Below the pieces are notes generated by a model. The model had not been told where the DNA came from and did not search any database. It worked only from the letters and a program-made list of their open reading frames with translations. A stretch of 63,487 bases of DNA, counting the filler, from Octopus bimaculoides (taxonomy: Eukaryota): assembly GCF_001194135.2 (NCBI RefSeq). It is 6 parts of 4 records of this genome, joined end to end, with 100 filler letters (N's around TTAATTAATTAA, not from the genome) between each part and the next. Parts side by side here need not be neighbours in the genome. Positions count along the whole stretch, not along the records: positions 44,154 to 51,040 come from NC_068991.1; positions 51,141 to 61,757 come from NC_068981.1; 4 more parts are not named here. The stretch is one strand, 5' to 3'. Made by a program: the position numbers and the translations under genes. The first letter of the stretch is position 1, and each line of letters starts with the position of its first letter. Below are positions 49,890 through 61,256 of the stretch, in pieces.

Positions 49890-50235
49890 AATATGAAAGA
49901 CCTGGAAAAAACTCCCCAGTGGATGGCAAATGGTATTACTTACCCCCTCCCCAAAAATAACGAAATCAAAGATCCAAAAAACTACCGGCCTATAACATGT
50001 TTGTCTACTACCTATAAGATTTTGACATCTATTCTAGTGGAGAAAACATACGTTTATGGAAGAGAATAACCTCCTTCCCACTGAACAAAAAGGATGCAGA
50101 CGAGACTCATTCGGATGCAAAGATCAGCTCCTAATTAATCACATGATCCTTGGGAACTGCCATAACAAGCGCAGAAATCTCAGCTCTTCATGGATTGATT
50201 ATAAAAAAAGCCTTCTGTCTACAAATCAAAGGAAA
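49890..50235 (+). pseudogene. R4/Dong-like RT N-terminal fragment
   Basis: LPQWMANGITYPLPK..KDPKNYRPITCLSTTYKILT; EQKGCRRDSFGCKDQLLIN; SWIDYKK. Confidence 0.88.
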
Positions 50236-50679
50236 TGACCAGTGTTCTCGTCAAACTTTGCTTTTGTAATCTGAACATCAATATTTTGAAACTGACCTAT
50301 TTATTTTCCATTACATATTCAACGCTGAACTGCTGCAGAAGAAGTATCGTTATAGCAAATATTCTGCATAATACCACAGACTTGCTTGAAATTTGCTTGA
50401 CTTTTTGAACCAGCTGGGCATGTCCCTTACTAGCTGACAATATGTGTATCTCTGATCATGGGCAGGAGTTGTGGGGAGCATCATAGCCATGTGTTGAGAG
50501 GAATTCTTTGGGGTTTGGATAAGTCACCTCATGGGTGTTTCTTCGAACATCCTTAAACACAAGTGTGATGATGATGATGATAAGGAGGATGATAATGATG
50601 ATCATGATGATCATGATAATGACGACGATGATGACAATGATGTTGTTGAATGTGGTTGAGTTTGTTGCTGTTGGTACTG

Positions 50680-50810
50680 GTAATGTCACGAGGCCAAACA
50701 TTCCTGAAAGTTTCATCCGAATCCATCCAGCGGTTCTTGAGATATCTTGACCAGGAACAAACAAACAAATAAACAAACGCAACTGAGAAACAATACCTCC
50801 GCCAGTCAAT
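50680..50810 (+). mobile_element. Probable Helentron-associated non-autonomous element (DINE/HINE-like) fragment
   Basis: AAGTTTCATCCGAATCCATCCAGCGGTTCTTGAGATATC, (ACAA)n microsatellite and GAAACAATACCTCCGCC resemble HINE consensus blocks as I recall them. Confidence 0.45.
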
Positions 50811-51184
50811 GTTTCTGATTCCCTCAACTTCAACAACAACAACCAACTATGCTGAGCCATTTTTGTACAAAATGATGATGCAATACTTGCAATGTAATGA
50901 CTTCAAATAGGTTGGGAGAAAATAAGGAAACATCAGACATTTTGCTCTGGTTTCTAATTTTGCCTCCCCACCCCTTTTCTTTCTAGGAAACGCAAATACA
51001 AATATATAATAATGATTTATTTAATTGCGCATTTCTTTATNNNNNNNNNNNNNNNNNNNNNNNNNNNNNNNNNNNNNNNNNNNNTTAATTAATTAANNNN
51101 NNNNNNNNNNNNNNNNNNNNNNNNNNNNNNNNNNNNNNNNCCGCCTTGAAGAATTTTTAGTCGAACAAACTGACCCTAGTTCTA

Positions 51185-51313
51185 CAGGGTGTCCACAGGG
51201 TGTCTGGGTACATGGAGTAAATAAAATCATAACATAAACAATTAAATATAAGAAATAATAATTTCTTAAAGTATGTGTTAATCCCCATGTACCCAGACGT
51301 TGTGAACACCCTG
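51185..51313. mobile_element. 129-bp Tc1/mariner MITE
   Basis: TA-CAGGGTGTCCACA..GTCTGGGTACATGG ... CCATGTACCCAGAC..TGTGAACACCCTG-TA; AT-rich interior. Confidence 0.88.
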
Positions 51314-51411
51314 TATATTTCAGAGATGAGAAATTATGTACATTATTTACATTATTTACATTCGACGGATATTTGTCCTCATCTTGTTTAACCACTACGC
51401 CATATGCCCAC

Positions 51412-51695
51412 GGGTATATAGTGTAGTGGTTAAGAGCGTGGGCTACTAACCCCAAGATTCGGAGTTCGATTCTAAGCAGTGACCTGAACAATTACACTAA
51501 TAATAATAACAATAATAATAATAATGATAAAAATAATAACATCGAAAAATACCTTAGGAATGAGAACCCAGGTTCGAAATTTCCCCAAGACACCTGATGA
51601 AGGCTGGAGGGTACATCAGCCGAAACGTTGTGTTAACAACAAACAAGATGAGGACAAATATCCGTCGAATGTAAATAATGTAAATAATGTAAATA
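51412..51695 (+). mobile_element. Short element: tRNA-like head, (TAA)n linker, hammerhead motif and tail
   Basis: A-box TAGTGTAGTGG (51419-51429), B-box GAGTTCGATTC, cloverleaf-like 51412-51484; hammerhead at 51589-51634; tail ends in (TGTAAATAA)n. Confidence 0.72.
51589..51634 (+). ncRNA. Minimal type-I hammerhead ribozyme motif with intact core
   Basis: GACAC-CTGATGA-A-GGCTG gagggtacat CAGCC-GAAA-CG-TT-GTGTT: stem I GACAC/GTGTT, perfect CUGAUGA, one extra A, 5-bp stem II, GAAA, ACGT palindrome, predicted GUU cleavage after 51629. Confidence 0.78.
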
Positions 51696-51984
51696 AAATT
51701 GACCCCAGTTCTTTGTTTATATTTTTTTAAAGTCTGGTACTACTCTATTGGTCTCTTTTGTTTGCCGAACTGCTAGCTTACAGGGATGTAAACACATCAA
51801 CACCGGTTGTCAAGTGGTGGTAGGACACACACACACACACACATGTACAACGAGCTTTTTTCAGTTTCTGTCTACCAAATCCATTTAGAAGGCTTTGGTC
51901 AGCCCCAGGCTATAGTAGAAGGTGCTTCCCAAGGTGCCATGCGGTGAAACTGAACCCTGTACCATGTGGTTAGCCACGCCTGCG

Positions 51985-52041
<57 letters not shown>

Positions 52042-53524
52042 NNNNNNNNNNNNNNNNNNNNNNNNNNNNNNNNNNNNNNNNNNNNNNNNNNNNNNNNNNN
52101 NNNNNNNNNNNNNNNNNNNNNNNNNNNNNNNNNNNNNNNNNNNNNNNNNNNNNNNNNNNNNNNNNNNNNNNNNNNNNNNNNNNNNNNNNNNNNNNNNNNN
52201 NNNNNNNNNNNNNNNNNNNNNNNNNNNNNNNNNNNNNNNNNNNNNNNNNNNNNNNNNNNNNNNNNNNNNNNNNNNNNNNNNNNNNNNNNNNNNNNNNNNN
52301 NNNNNNNNNNNNNNNNNNNNNNNNNNNNNNNNNNNNNNNNNNNNNNNNNNNNNNNNNNNNNNNNNNNNNNNNNNNNNNNNNNNNNNNNNNNNNNNNNNNN
52401 NNNNNNNNNNNNNNNNNNNNNNNNNNNNNNNNNNNNNNNNNNNNNNNNNNNNNNNNNNNNNNNNNNNNNNNNNNNNNNNNNNNNNNNNNNNNNNNNNNNN
52501 NNNNNNNNNNNNNNNNNNNNNNNNNNNNNNNNNNNNNNNNNNNNNNNNNNNNNNNNNNNNNNNNNNNNNNNNNNNNNNNNNNNNNNNNNNNNNNNNNNNN
52601 NNNNNNNNNNNNNNNTGTGTCTTGTTCTAGTTAATTATTCTTGTATTTGGACTCATGGAATATATATTAATTGAATAATTTTGTATTATTTTTCCCTCAC
52701 GAATTCAACCTCAATAAGCAGTCGCTCTACCCGCTAGAAATAGCAGTTAACTCTCCTTATAATAATAATTACACCCGCCATCGAAGAAGAAGAAGAAGAA
52801 GAAGAAGAAGAAGAAGAGGGGAGAAAGAAGGAGGGAGGAAGAAGAGGAGGAGACGACGAAGATGACACCAACACTAACACAAAAGGGATGCTCAATGTAT
52901 CAGAACCACATTAAAATAATTCTAGATTGCACCCAGTAAATATCCACCTATGGCAAACAAACTGGCCGTAGCATTGTGTCCAATAAAAGAAGGAGGTTCT
53001 TCTGATGCTGCAAAGCAAGCAGATTATTCGCTAAAGTTTGACTAAGTGGACGTGGCACGCTAAACTCTAAGATCGCCTAATGATTCATTCGAATCTAAAC
53101 TTTCTGTTCGATACCAACCTCGGGTGCATTGAACGTCGTTGTAGCTGGTGGTGAGGGTGGGGGCTTTAGTTGTGGGCCTGGCTTTTCATTAACAAATCCC
53201 CACGTAGTAGCTAATGATCGCCAAGCAGCCGCATTCAACCAATGACAACAGAGTCGAGGAGAAAAGATTGAAATTTGAGTGGAACAATGAAACAAGCCAA
53301 ACAGAAAGTCACTGAGCGGTCGTGCAACATGCTAGAAATAGTAGAGCTTTCTCGCTCAAATTTCATATCCAACAGTCTTAATAAAGGAAACGTAACGTTT
53401 AGACCAGCAATGCACAACCAGCGGCCCACAAAACCATTCTGCGAATATTTTCTTAGTTTAATGATTAACTGGAAATTAATATAGCGAATTGCTTTGTGCC
53501 ACAAACATACACTGAAAACACACA

Positions 53525-53925
53525 TACTCTTTTACTCTTTTACTTGACTTTACTCTTTTACATTCTGGAGCACCGCCTTTAGTCGAGCAAATCGACCCCA
53601 GAGCTGATTCTTTGTAAGCCTAGTACTTATTCTATCGGTCTCTTTTGCCTAACCGCTAAGTTACGGAGACGTAAATACACCAGCATCGGTTGTCAAGCGA
53701 TGTTGGGGAGACAAACACAGGCACACAAATATATACACACATATACATATATATATATATATACATATATACGACCGGCTTCTTTCAGTTTCCGTCTACC
53801 AAATCCACTCACAAGGCTTTGGCCGGTCCGAGGCTATAATAGAAGACACTTGCCCAAGGTACCACACAGTGAGACTGAACCCGGGCCCATAAGCAAGCTA
53901 CTTACCACACAGCCACTCCTGCACC
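53525..53925 (-). mobile_element. SINE family B, young copy with small deletions
   Basis: Reverse complement of the 47044 copy. Confidence 0.9.
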
Positions 53926-54284
53926 TAATAGTATTTATTAATCAACTTTTATTATTATATTTCTTTTCTATACTACTGTTTTTGTATGTTTCCTCATCAT
54001 CCAAATTATATGATATACTTTGCGGTCCGCCTTGAGTGATTAGATTCACGATTTGGCCCTCTGGACGGAAAAGATTGCGCATCCCTAGTTTAGACAATGA
54101 ACTCCGTCAGTATACAAAATAGCGGAGCTAAACAACAATGCTGTCAATAAAGTAAGCGGATTAGCGACAGCAAAAAAGAGGAAGCATGCTGAGGCTTTTC
54201 TCTCCCTTCTGACCACACACGAGCTCATGCACACACACGTGCGGGATTTGTGTATGTTTTGTGAGACAATAGATAAATCCCGTT

Positions 54285-54500
54285 AAGGCGGCGAACTGGC
54301 AGAAACGTTAGCACGCCGGGCGAAATGCTTAGCGACATTTCGTCTGTCTTTATGTTCTGAGTTCAAATTCCGCCGAGGTCGACTTTGCCTTTCATCCTTT
54401 CAGTCGATAAATTAAGTACCAGTTACGTACTGGGTTGATCTAATCGACTGGCTCCCTCCCCCAAAATTTCGGGCCTTGTTCCTAGAGTAGAAAAGAATAA
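54285..54500 (+). mobile_element. SINE family A
   Basis: Perfect 12-bp TSD ATAAATCCCGTT at 54273-54284 and 54501-54512. Confidence 0.93.
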
Positions 54501-54739
54501 ATAAATCCCGTTCCAAGCAACAGGACTGGGCGACGTTCTCTTTAAGGAGGACCAATATTTTGCACAAACATACAAGTCTTCTTTCTCATTGGTTCATTTG
54601 TTATCCAAGTAAAACAAAGACCCTTGCTCTCTCTTGGGCAACAACGGCCAGCCAGGCACCAGCATGTTTGTGTGTGGGTGTGTGGTTCTTAGTGTGTGTG
54701 TTGCTCAAATAGACTCCAACACTGTTTTTCATCTTTTAT

Positions 54740-55040
54740 TAATTCCAGTACTTATTTTATCGCCTCTTTGAGCCGATCAACTGGGTTAGGTAGTCGTAAA
54801 CAAACTGACAGCATTTGTCAAGCGGCGAGAGACAGACACACACACACACACACATAGAGACATACATCCGCACACACACGCAGACAATATAGACTTTTAA
54901 ATAGTTTCCATCTACCAAATCCCTTCACGAGGTAGTGGTTGGCCCGGGGCTATTGTCGTCCAAGGTGTTGCTGCGCAATGGGACTGAACCCCGAAACCAC
55001 ATCGTTGCAAAGAAAACTACTAGAACGACACAACCATGCC
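54740..55040 (-). mobile_element. Old SINE B copy
   Basis: Diverged but collinear with family B. Confidence 0.65.
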
Positions 55041-55095
55041 TGCGTCAATGAATGTGTTGTATGTGCGTACGTATGTACACATGTATGTATAAGTA

Positions 55096-55147
<52 letters not shown>

Positions 55148-55554
55148 CATATATATATATATATATATATGCGAGTGTTTGTGTATGTGTGCATACAGGT
55201 GTATGAGTATGTGTGTATACATACGTGCGTACGTATGTAATATATGTATGTATGTATGTATGCATGCATGTGTGTATGCATATATATAAATGTATATATG
55301 TATTTATGTCTATCTGTCTGTATGGATGTATGTATAGAGGTGGGCGGAACAAAGAAAGGAAATTAAAATACAAAACAACACACCCACTAACCATCTCTCC
55401 TCCTACTTATCAAACCTGTTATTACGGATTCAAGTTTCTGTAATTACTTATCTAATCTCTATTGACTGTCGCGAGACTAATTGATGTGGGTGTAAGAGTC
55501 TCTCAAAACAACGACTTGAGTAAATTGCATGTGTGTATGTATACGCGCGCTGTG

Positions 55555-55603
<49 letters not shown>

Positions 55604-56038
55604 ATGTGTGTGTGTGTGTGGTACATAGGAGTGGTAGCTACTATTTGTATTGCCCAATCGGTTCGTTTTTTGTTTTTCCTTTTTATAGTTTCTCTCTCTT
55701 TCTCTCTTCCTCGTCTCTGTCTATCGATCTCTGTCTCTTACCTACTCTTTCTCTTTCTCTCTCTTTCTCTCTCTCCCTCTACCCCCTCCCCCTCTCTCTC
55801 TCTTCAATCTTTCTCAATGTATACACTGACCTATCAACCGTTAAATAAAGGGCCGGAGCTGTGAAATAAATAGGGCGTGTCTCACAAATACGGCCCCTCT
55901 CCAACGGAGCAACGCATGCTTATATACATACATTCATACATACATACATACATACATAAGCTCACACACATCAAACGGACTGAACGAATTCAGACAGAAA
56001 GTACGATAGCTACACCCTTTCACAAACTTACAGAAAAT

Positions 56039-56074
<36 letters not shown>

Positions 56075-56254
56075 CACGCACACACGCAAGTATACACACA
56101 AAGACGCAGAATAAACATACAAATGTACACGGCCATGTCAACTCATACATAAGACAAGTACCATATAGATGCATGTGATAAGTACTCTGGGTTTTGAATC
56201 CAGCGATCTGAGTTCAAGTCTTGAGAGAACCTAGCACACAATGTTTTACAGGCA

Positions 56255-56420
56255 GAGGTATGGTTGTGTGGTTTAGAAACTCGCTTTGCAACCACGTGGT
56301 TCCGGGTTCAGTCTCACTGCGCAGCACTTTGGACAAGTGTCTTCCTCTATAGCCCCGGGTTGACTAATACTTTGTGAATGGATTTGGTACACGAAAACTG
56401 AGTGGAAGCCCGTTGTGTAT
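56255..56420 (+). mobile_element. SINE B 5' half
   Basis: GGTATGGTTGTGTGG...GGGTTCAGTCTCACTGCGCAGCACTTTGGACAAGTGTC, ending in (TA)n. Confidence 0.72.
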
Positions 56421-56422
56421 AT

Positions 56423-56465
<43 letters not shown>

Positions 56466-56523
56466 CACGCACATATACAAACACACAGATGCACAAATGC
56501 CAATTCACTCGATTACACACACG

Positions 56524-56561
<38 letters not shown>

Positions 56562-56562
56562 G

Positions 56563-56593
<31 letters not shown>

Positions 56594-56970
56594 AATAATA
56601 AAAGTAGTACATACAGAGAAGCACCTGCACACATGCATATATATATTACACACTAAATATACTATAAACACGCATACGTACATACATTACACACTGGCAT
56701 TACAGATATACGCACATACATTGCACACATACATGCTATTACTAGCAAACACGTGCATTGCTCGAATATACGCACGCATTATACACATAAACACACACAT
56801 TACACACATGCACACATACATTGCACGCATATACATATACACACCACACATGTACACATACACAACACACATACATTACACACATACGTTCACCCATAAA
56901 CACAGCCAGAGATTCATTGCCTTTGGTTAAAACTCTGCTGTATCAAGTTTAACCAAGGGTTAAACATGAC

Positions 56971-57015
<45 letters not shown>

Positions 57016-57447
57016 GTTTGGAACTACACTCACAATATTTTTTCACGACACGACGCAGAAGGCAGGGTACTTAATGTCCGCCTCGAGTCGATCTTCGTCG
57101 AACAGAACCGCAGATCAAAAGACTTTCTACCCTTGACCATCTTGTCTTTTTACATCATCCAATGTCTCCATGGCCTAGTGGTTAAGGTGTTGGGTTCCCT
57201 ATCACAAGGTCATAGTTTCGATTACTAGACCGGCAGTGTGTTGTGTCTTTGAAGAAAGGTCTTCGTTTAACGTCGTTTCTGTCTACTTAGCTGATATATG
57301 AATATCAGGTGAGTGCTTGGTACAGCCCTTTTTCCTATTCCAGTTGTCACATCCATGATGTTCTGCCGGATCGAAAGTAGGAAGTTATAGAAGGTATCTA
57401 TATCTGCTCACGACTATATAAGCATCTAAAACAATTAGCGGTAGCGT

Positions 57448-57817
57448 TGTTGTTGGCACTCCGTCGCTTACGACGTCGAGGGTTCCAGTTGATACGATCA
57501 ACGGAACAGCCTGCTCGTGAAATTAACGTGCAAGTGGCTGAGCACTCCACAGACGTAGTTCTCGGGGATATTCAGCGTGACACAGTGTGACAAGGTTGAC
57601 CCTTTGAATTACAGGCACAGCAGAAACAGGAAATAAGAGTGAGAGAAAGTTGTGGGAAAGGAGTACAGCAGGGTTCGCCACCATCCCCTACCGGAGCCTC
57701 GTGGAGCTTTAGGTGTTTTCGCTCAATAAACACTCACAACGCCCGGTCTGGGAATCGAAACCGCGATCCTATGACCGCGAGTCCGCAGCCCTAACCACTA
57801 GGCCATTACACCTCCAC
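57448..57817 (-). mobile_element. SINE family C with a 15-nt internal deletion
   Basis: 11-bp TSD AGCGGTAGCGT at 57437-57447 and 57818-57828; ACGTGTACCCTTAAC is missing between AC microhomologies. Confidence 0.92.
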
Positions 57818-58109
57818 AGCGGTAGCGTGGTATACATATTAACAAATCATACTCGTTCACAAGCGACGACAATGACTACCAGGACATGTGATTTGATAAG
57901 GCTTTGACTGCTACCTTTTGCCGATTGCGCTACTGCTTTAAGGGACCAAGTGGTGTAGTTGTTCAACTCAGGTTAAGAGACTGGTTAACTAGATACATGA
58001 TCAAAGGTACTCCAGCAATGAACAACCCATCGATATCCATATCTACGACTACACAGTTCAGTACGTCCTTTTATCCCTCTTTATAATATATATATGTTAC
58101 GCAGTATGT

Positions 58110-58310
58110 CTCTAAATTGGTTTCAAATTTGGTACAAGGTCAGAAATTTCGATGAAATTGACCCCGGTGGTCAACTGGTGCTTATTTTATCGACTCCGAA
58201 AAGCAAAATCAACCCCGGTGACATTTGAACTCAGAACGTAAAGACAGACGAAATACCGCTAAGCATTTCGCCCGGCGTGCTAACGGTTCTGCCAGCTCAC
58301 CGCTTTAAAT
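58110..58310 (-). mobile_element. SINE family A, tail variant 3
   Basis: TGGTTTCAAATTTGGTACAAGG tail, core remnant and head GCTAACGGTTCTGCCAGCTCACCGC. Confidence 0.8.
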
Positions 58311-58876
58311 AATGTCTCTATATTACCTATACTTTAATTTCTGTTATTTTTAATTTCATCTTTTCTTATTCTAAACAAAATTATGTGTGTGTGCGTGTGT
58401 GTGTGTGTGCTAGTGAAAACAGCTTGTGCTTTTTGAACAGTTTCCATTATCCACATATGAGTGTGATTCGCGTATACGCGCGTGCGTCTGTGCTCCTGCG
58501 ATTTGTGTGTGTGTTTGTGGATGTACTGACGTCTGTGTGAACATCACCCTTGACAAACTTCTTGTTGCAGCCACCCATTTGGCCAACAGAAACATGTCTT
58601 AATATCTTTAACAGACCGTTCCTTCTCCTTCAGATCGCCTTGTCATTATTATTCTCTTTTCTTCATCCTTTCCCAAATTTTCTTCCCCCACCCACCCAAC
58701 ATTTCCCTTCTATGCATACATAACTACTTACTCTCTTGTCATTTCCTATCATTCTCTACTGAGTACAAACACTCAGGAATTAATAAAAAAAATTAATTTT
58801 CTCTATCCTCATGCAAAAGAACTTTATCCGAAATGTCGAAAGTTCCCCTTCTATAACGAACACCAGAAACGTTATG

Positions 58877-58966
<90 letters not shown>

Positions 58967-59208
58967 TGTGTGTGAGTGCGGAGTAGATGGAACAGGGTCA
59001 ACTGACGAAGGGATATACTCTTTATGTTGTATGTTTCGTTTCTCTGTTTGTTTTTTTGGTTGTTCAAAAAATGTTCGTTTTCTCTGTTTTTGTTTTTATG
59101 TTTTCGTTTCTCATTGTGTTTAACGTTTTTTTTTTTTGATGTCCTATACCCATATATGCATGTATGTATACATATAGATGTAAGTATGTACATATATGTA
59201 TGCATATA

Positions 59209-59617
59209 GGCGCAGGAGTGGCTGTGTGGTAAGTAGCTTGCTTACCAACAACATGGTTCCGGGTTCAGTCCCACTGCGTGGCACCTTGGACAAGTGTCTT
59301 CTACTATAGCGTCGGGCCGACCAAAGCCTTGTGAGTGGATTTGGTAGACGGAAACTGAAAGAAGCCCGTCGTATATATGTATATATATTTATGTGTGTGT
59401 ATATGTTTGCGTGTCTGTGTTTGTCCCCCCAACATTGCTTGACAACCGATGCTGGTGTGTTTACGTCTCCATAACTTAGCGGTTCGGCAAAAGAGACTGA
59501 TAGAATAAGTACTAGGCTTCCAAAGAATAAGTCCTGGGGTCGATTTGCTCGACTAAAAGCAGTGCTCCAGCATGGCCACAGTCAAATGACTGAAACAAGT
59601 AAAAGAGAGTAAAGAGT
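59209..59617 (+). mobile_element. SINE family B, full-length young copy ~100 bp upstream of the T-box exon
   Basis: Near-identical to 47044-47460. Confidence 0.93.
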
Positions 59618-59713
59618 ATATATTTATATATTATTTATATTATTATTATATATATATATATATATGACAGAAGTGAAACACTTTTCATGTCCCTTTTCTT
59701 TGTCCCTTTTCAG

Positions 59714-59981
59714 GCGGATGTTCCCAACGCTTAAGGTCAGTCTAGAGGGACTTGATCCTCACACCAAATACATATTGCTTATTGATGTGCTCCCCGTCGA
59801 TGACTGTCGCTACAAATATCACAATTCCGAATGGGTGGTCACAGGCAAAGCTGAACCCCACATGCCAGGACGTCTGTACGTCCACCCGGATTCCCCAGCA
59901 TCAGGCTCGCATTGGATGAAGCAACCAGTCTCATTCCACAAACTCAAACTCACTAACAACAATTTGGACCAAAACGGACAT
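59714..59981 (+). CDS. Internal exon (268 bp, phase 2 to phase 0) of a T-box transcription factor; subfamily unresolved (Tbx2/3, Tbx4/5 or Tbx6-like)
   Basis: Encodes (R)[89 protein letters not shown], the T-box DNA-binding domain core. Polypyrimidine tract plus CAG acceptor ending 59713; GTAAGT donor at 59982-59987; no stop or frameshift. Confidence 0.96.
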
Positions 59982-61089
59982 GTAAGTAGAAGTCTTCATA
60001 TCATTGATTGTTCGTCTGACCATCATATGATGGCTCTGTTGATTGTTATGATTATTTGTGCATTCTAACTATCTCTTCCTGTTCCTTCAATTTTCTCTTT
60101 TCGCTTACTGTCTTTCTGTCGCTTTCTCTCATTTTCCCTCTCTCCCTTTTGCTCTATTTATTCAAGCACACAAAGATGCCGTCCATATACATACTAAATA
60201 TATATAAATATATGCATGCATGTATATATCTATATATATATATCTATATCTATATATATATATATATATATATNNNNNNNNNNNNNNNNNNNNNNNNNNN
60301 NNNNNNNNNNNNNNNNNNNNNNNNNNNNNNNNNNNNNNNNNNNNNNNNNNNNNNNNNNNNNNNNNNNNNNNNNNNNNNNNNNNNNNNNNNNNNNNNNNNN
60401 NNNNNNNNNNNNNNNNNNNNNNNNNNNNNNNNNNNNNNNNNNNNNNNNNNNNNNNNNNNNNNNNNNNNNNNNNNNNNNNNNNNNNNNNNNNNNNNNNNNN
60501 NNNNNNNNNNNNNNNNNNNNNNNNNNNNNNNNNNNNNNNNNNNNNNNNNNNNNNNNNNNNNNNNNNNNNNNNNNNNNNNNNNNNNNNNNNNNNNNNNNNN
60601 NNNNNNNNNNNNNNNNNNNNNNNNNNNNNNNNNNNNNNNNNNNNNNNNNNNNNNNNNNNNNNNNNNNNNNNNNNNNNNNNNNNNNNNNNNNNNNNNNNNN
60701 NNNNNNNNNNNNNNNNNNNNNNNNNNNNNNNNNNNNNNNNNNNNNNNNNNNNNNNNNNNNNNNNNNNNNNNNNNNNNNNNNNNNNNNNNNNNNNNNNNNN
60801 NNNNNNNNNNNNNNNNNNNNNNNNNNNNNNNNNNNNNNNNNNNNNNNNNNNNNNNNNNNNNNNNNNNNNNNNNNNNNNNNNNNNNNNNNNNNNNNNNNNN
60901 NNNNNNNNNNNNNNNNNNNNNNNNNNNNNNNNNNNNNNNNNNNNNNNNNNNNNNNNNNNNNNNNNNNNNNNNNNNNNNNNNNTATATATAAATACATTCA
61001 CACACACAAACACACGAGCGCGTGTGTGTGTAGAATGTAAAAAGAAAGAAAATAGACAGTTTCTGACATTGCGGAAAGTTTAATAAAAA

Positions 61090-61127
61090 CCTTTATATTT
61101 CGGGCTCGAAAGCCCATCTACGAAAGA
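61090..61127 (-). ncRNA. Strongly degenerate hammerhead-like motif
   Basis: Minus strand TCTTT-CGTAGA-T-GGGCT ttcg AGCCC-GAAA-TA-TA-AAGG; stem II with a UUCG loop and GAAA are intact, the core is damaged. Confidence 0.35.
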
Positions 61128-61256
61128 AAAGAACAGTCTAAGAAAGTCCAGTTATGTAGGATCCGTTAATCCATTCAAACTCTCCACCGTTTATGTAACA
61201 TCAGCAGCCGCTCTCCAAACGTAGGTGTAATCTATGTCCCACGCATTGGTATAAAC

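Larger units (their letters stand above)
51141..51990 (-). mobile_element. SINE B interrupted by a ~510-bp composite insertion
   Basis: SINE B sequence stops at 51183 and resumes at 51696; imperfect 17-bp duplication AAACTGACCCTAGTTCT / AAATTGACCCCAGTTCT. Confidence 0.78.

Noticed and set aside
51412-51484. Possible genuine tRNA gene (apparent ACT anticodon)
   Set aside because: Acceptor and anticodon stems pair poorly, there is no T-run terminator, and it continues into a repeat body; treated as a SINE-type head.
59664-59713. N-terminal [16 protein letters not shown] and C-terminal VSRSLHII... extensions of the T-box ORF
   Set aside because: Read-through of the polypyrimidine tract and of the GTAAGT donor; intronic.
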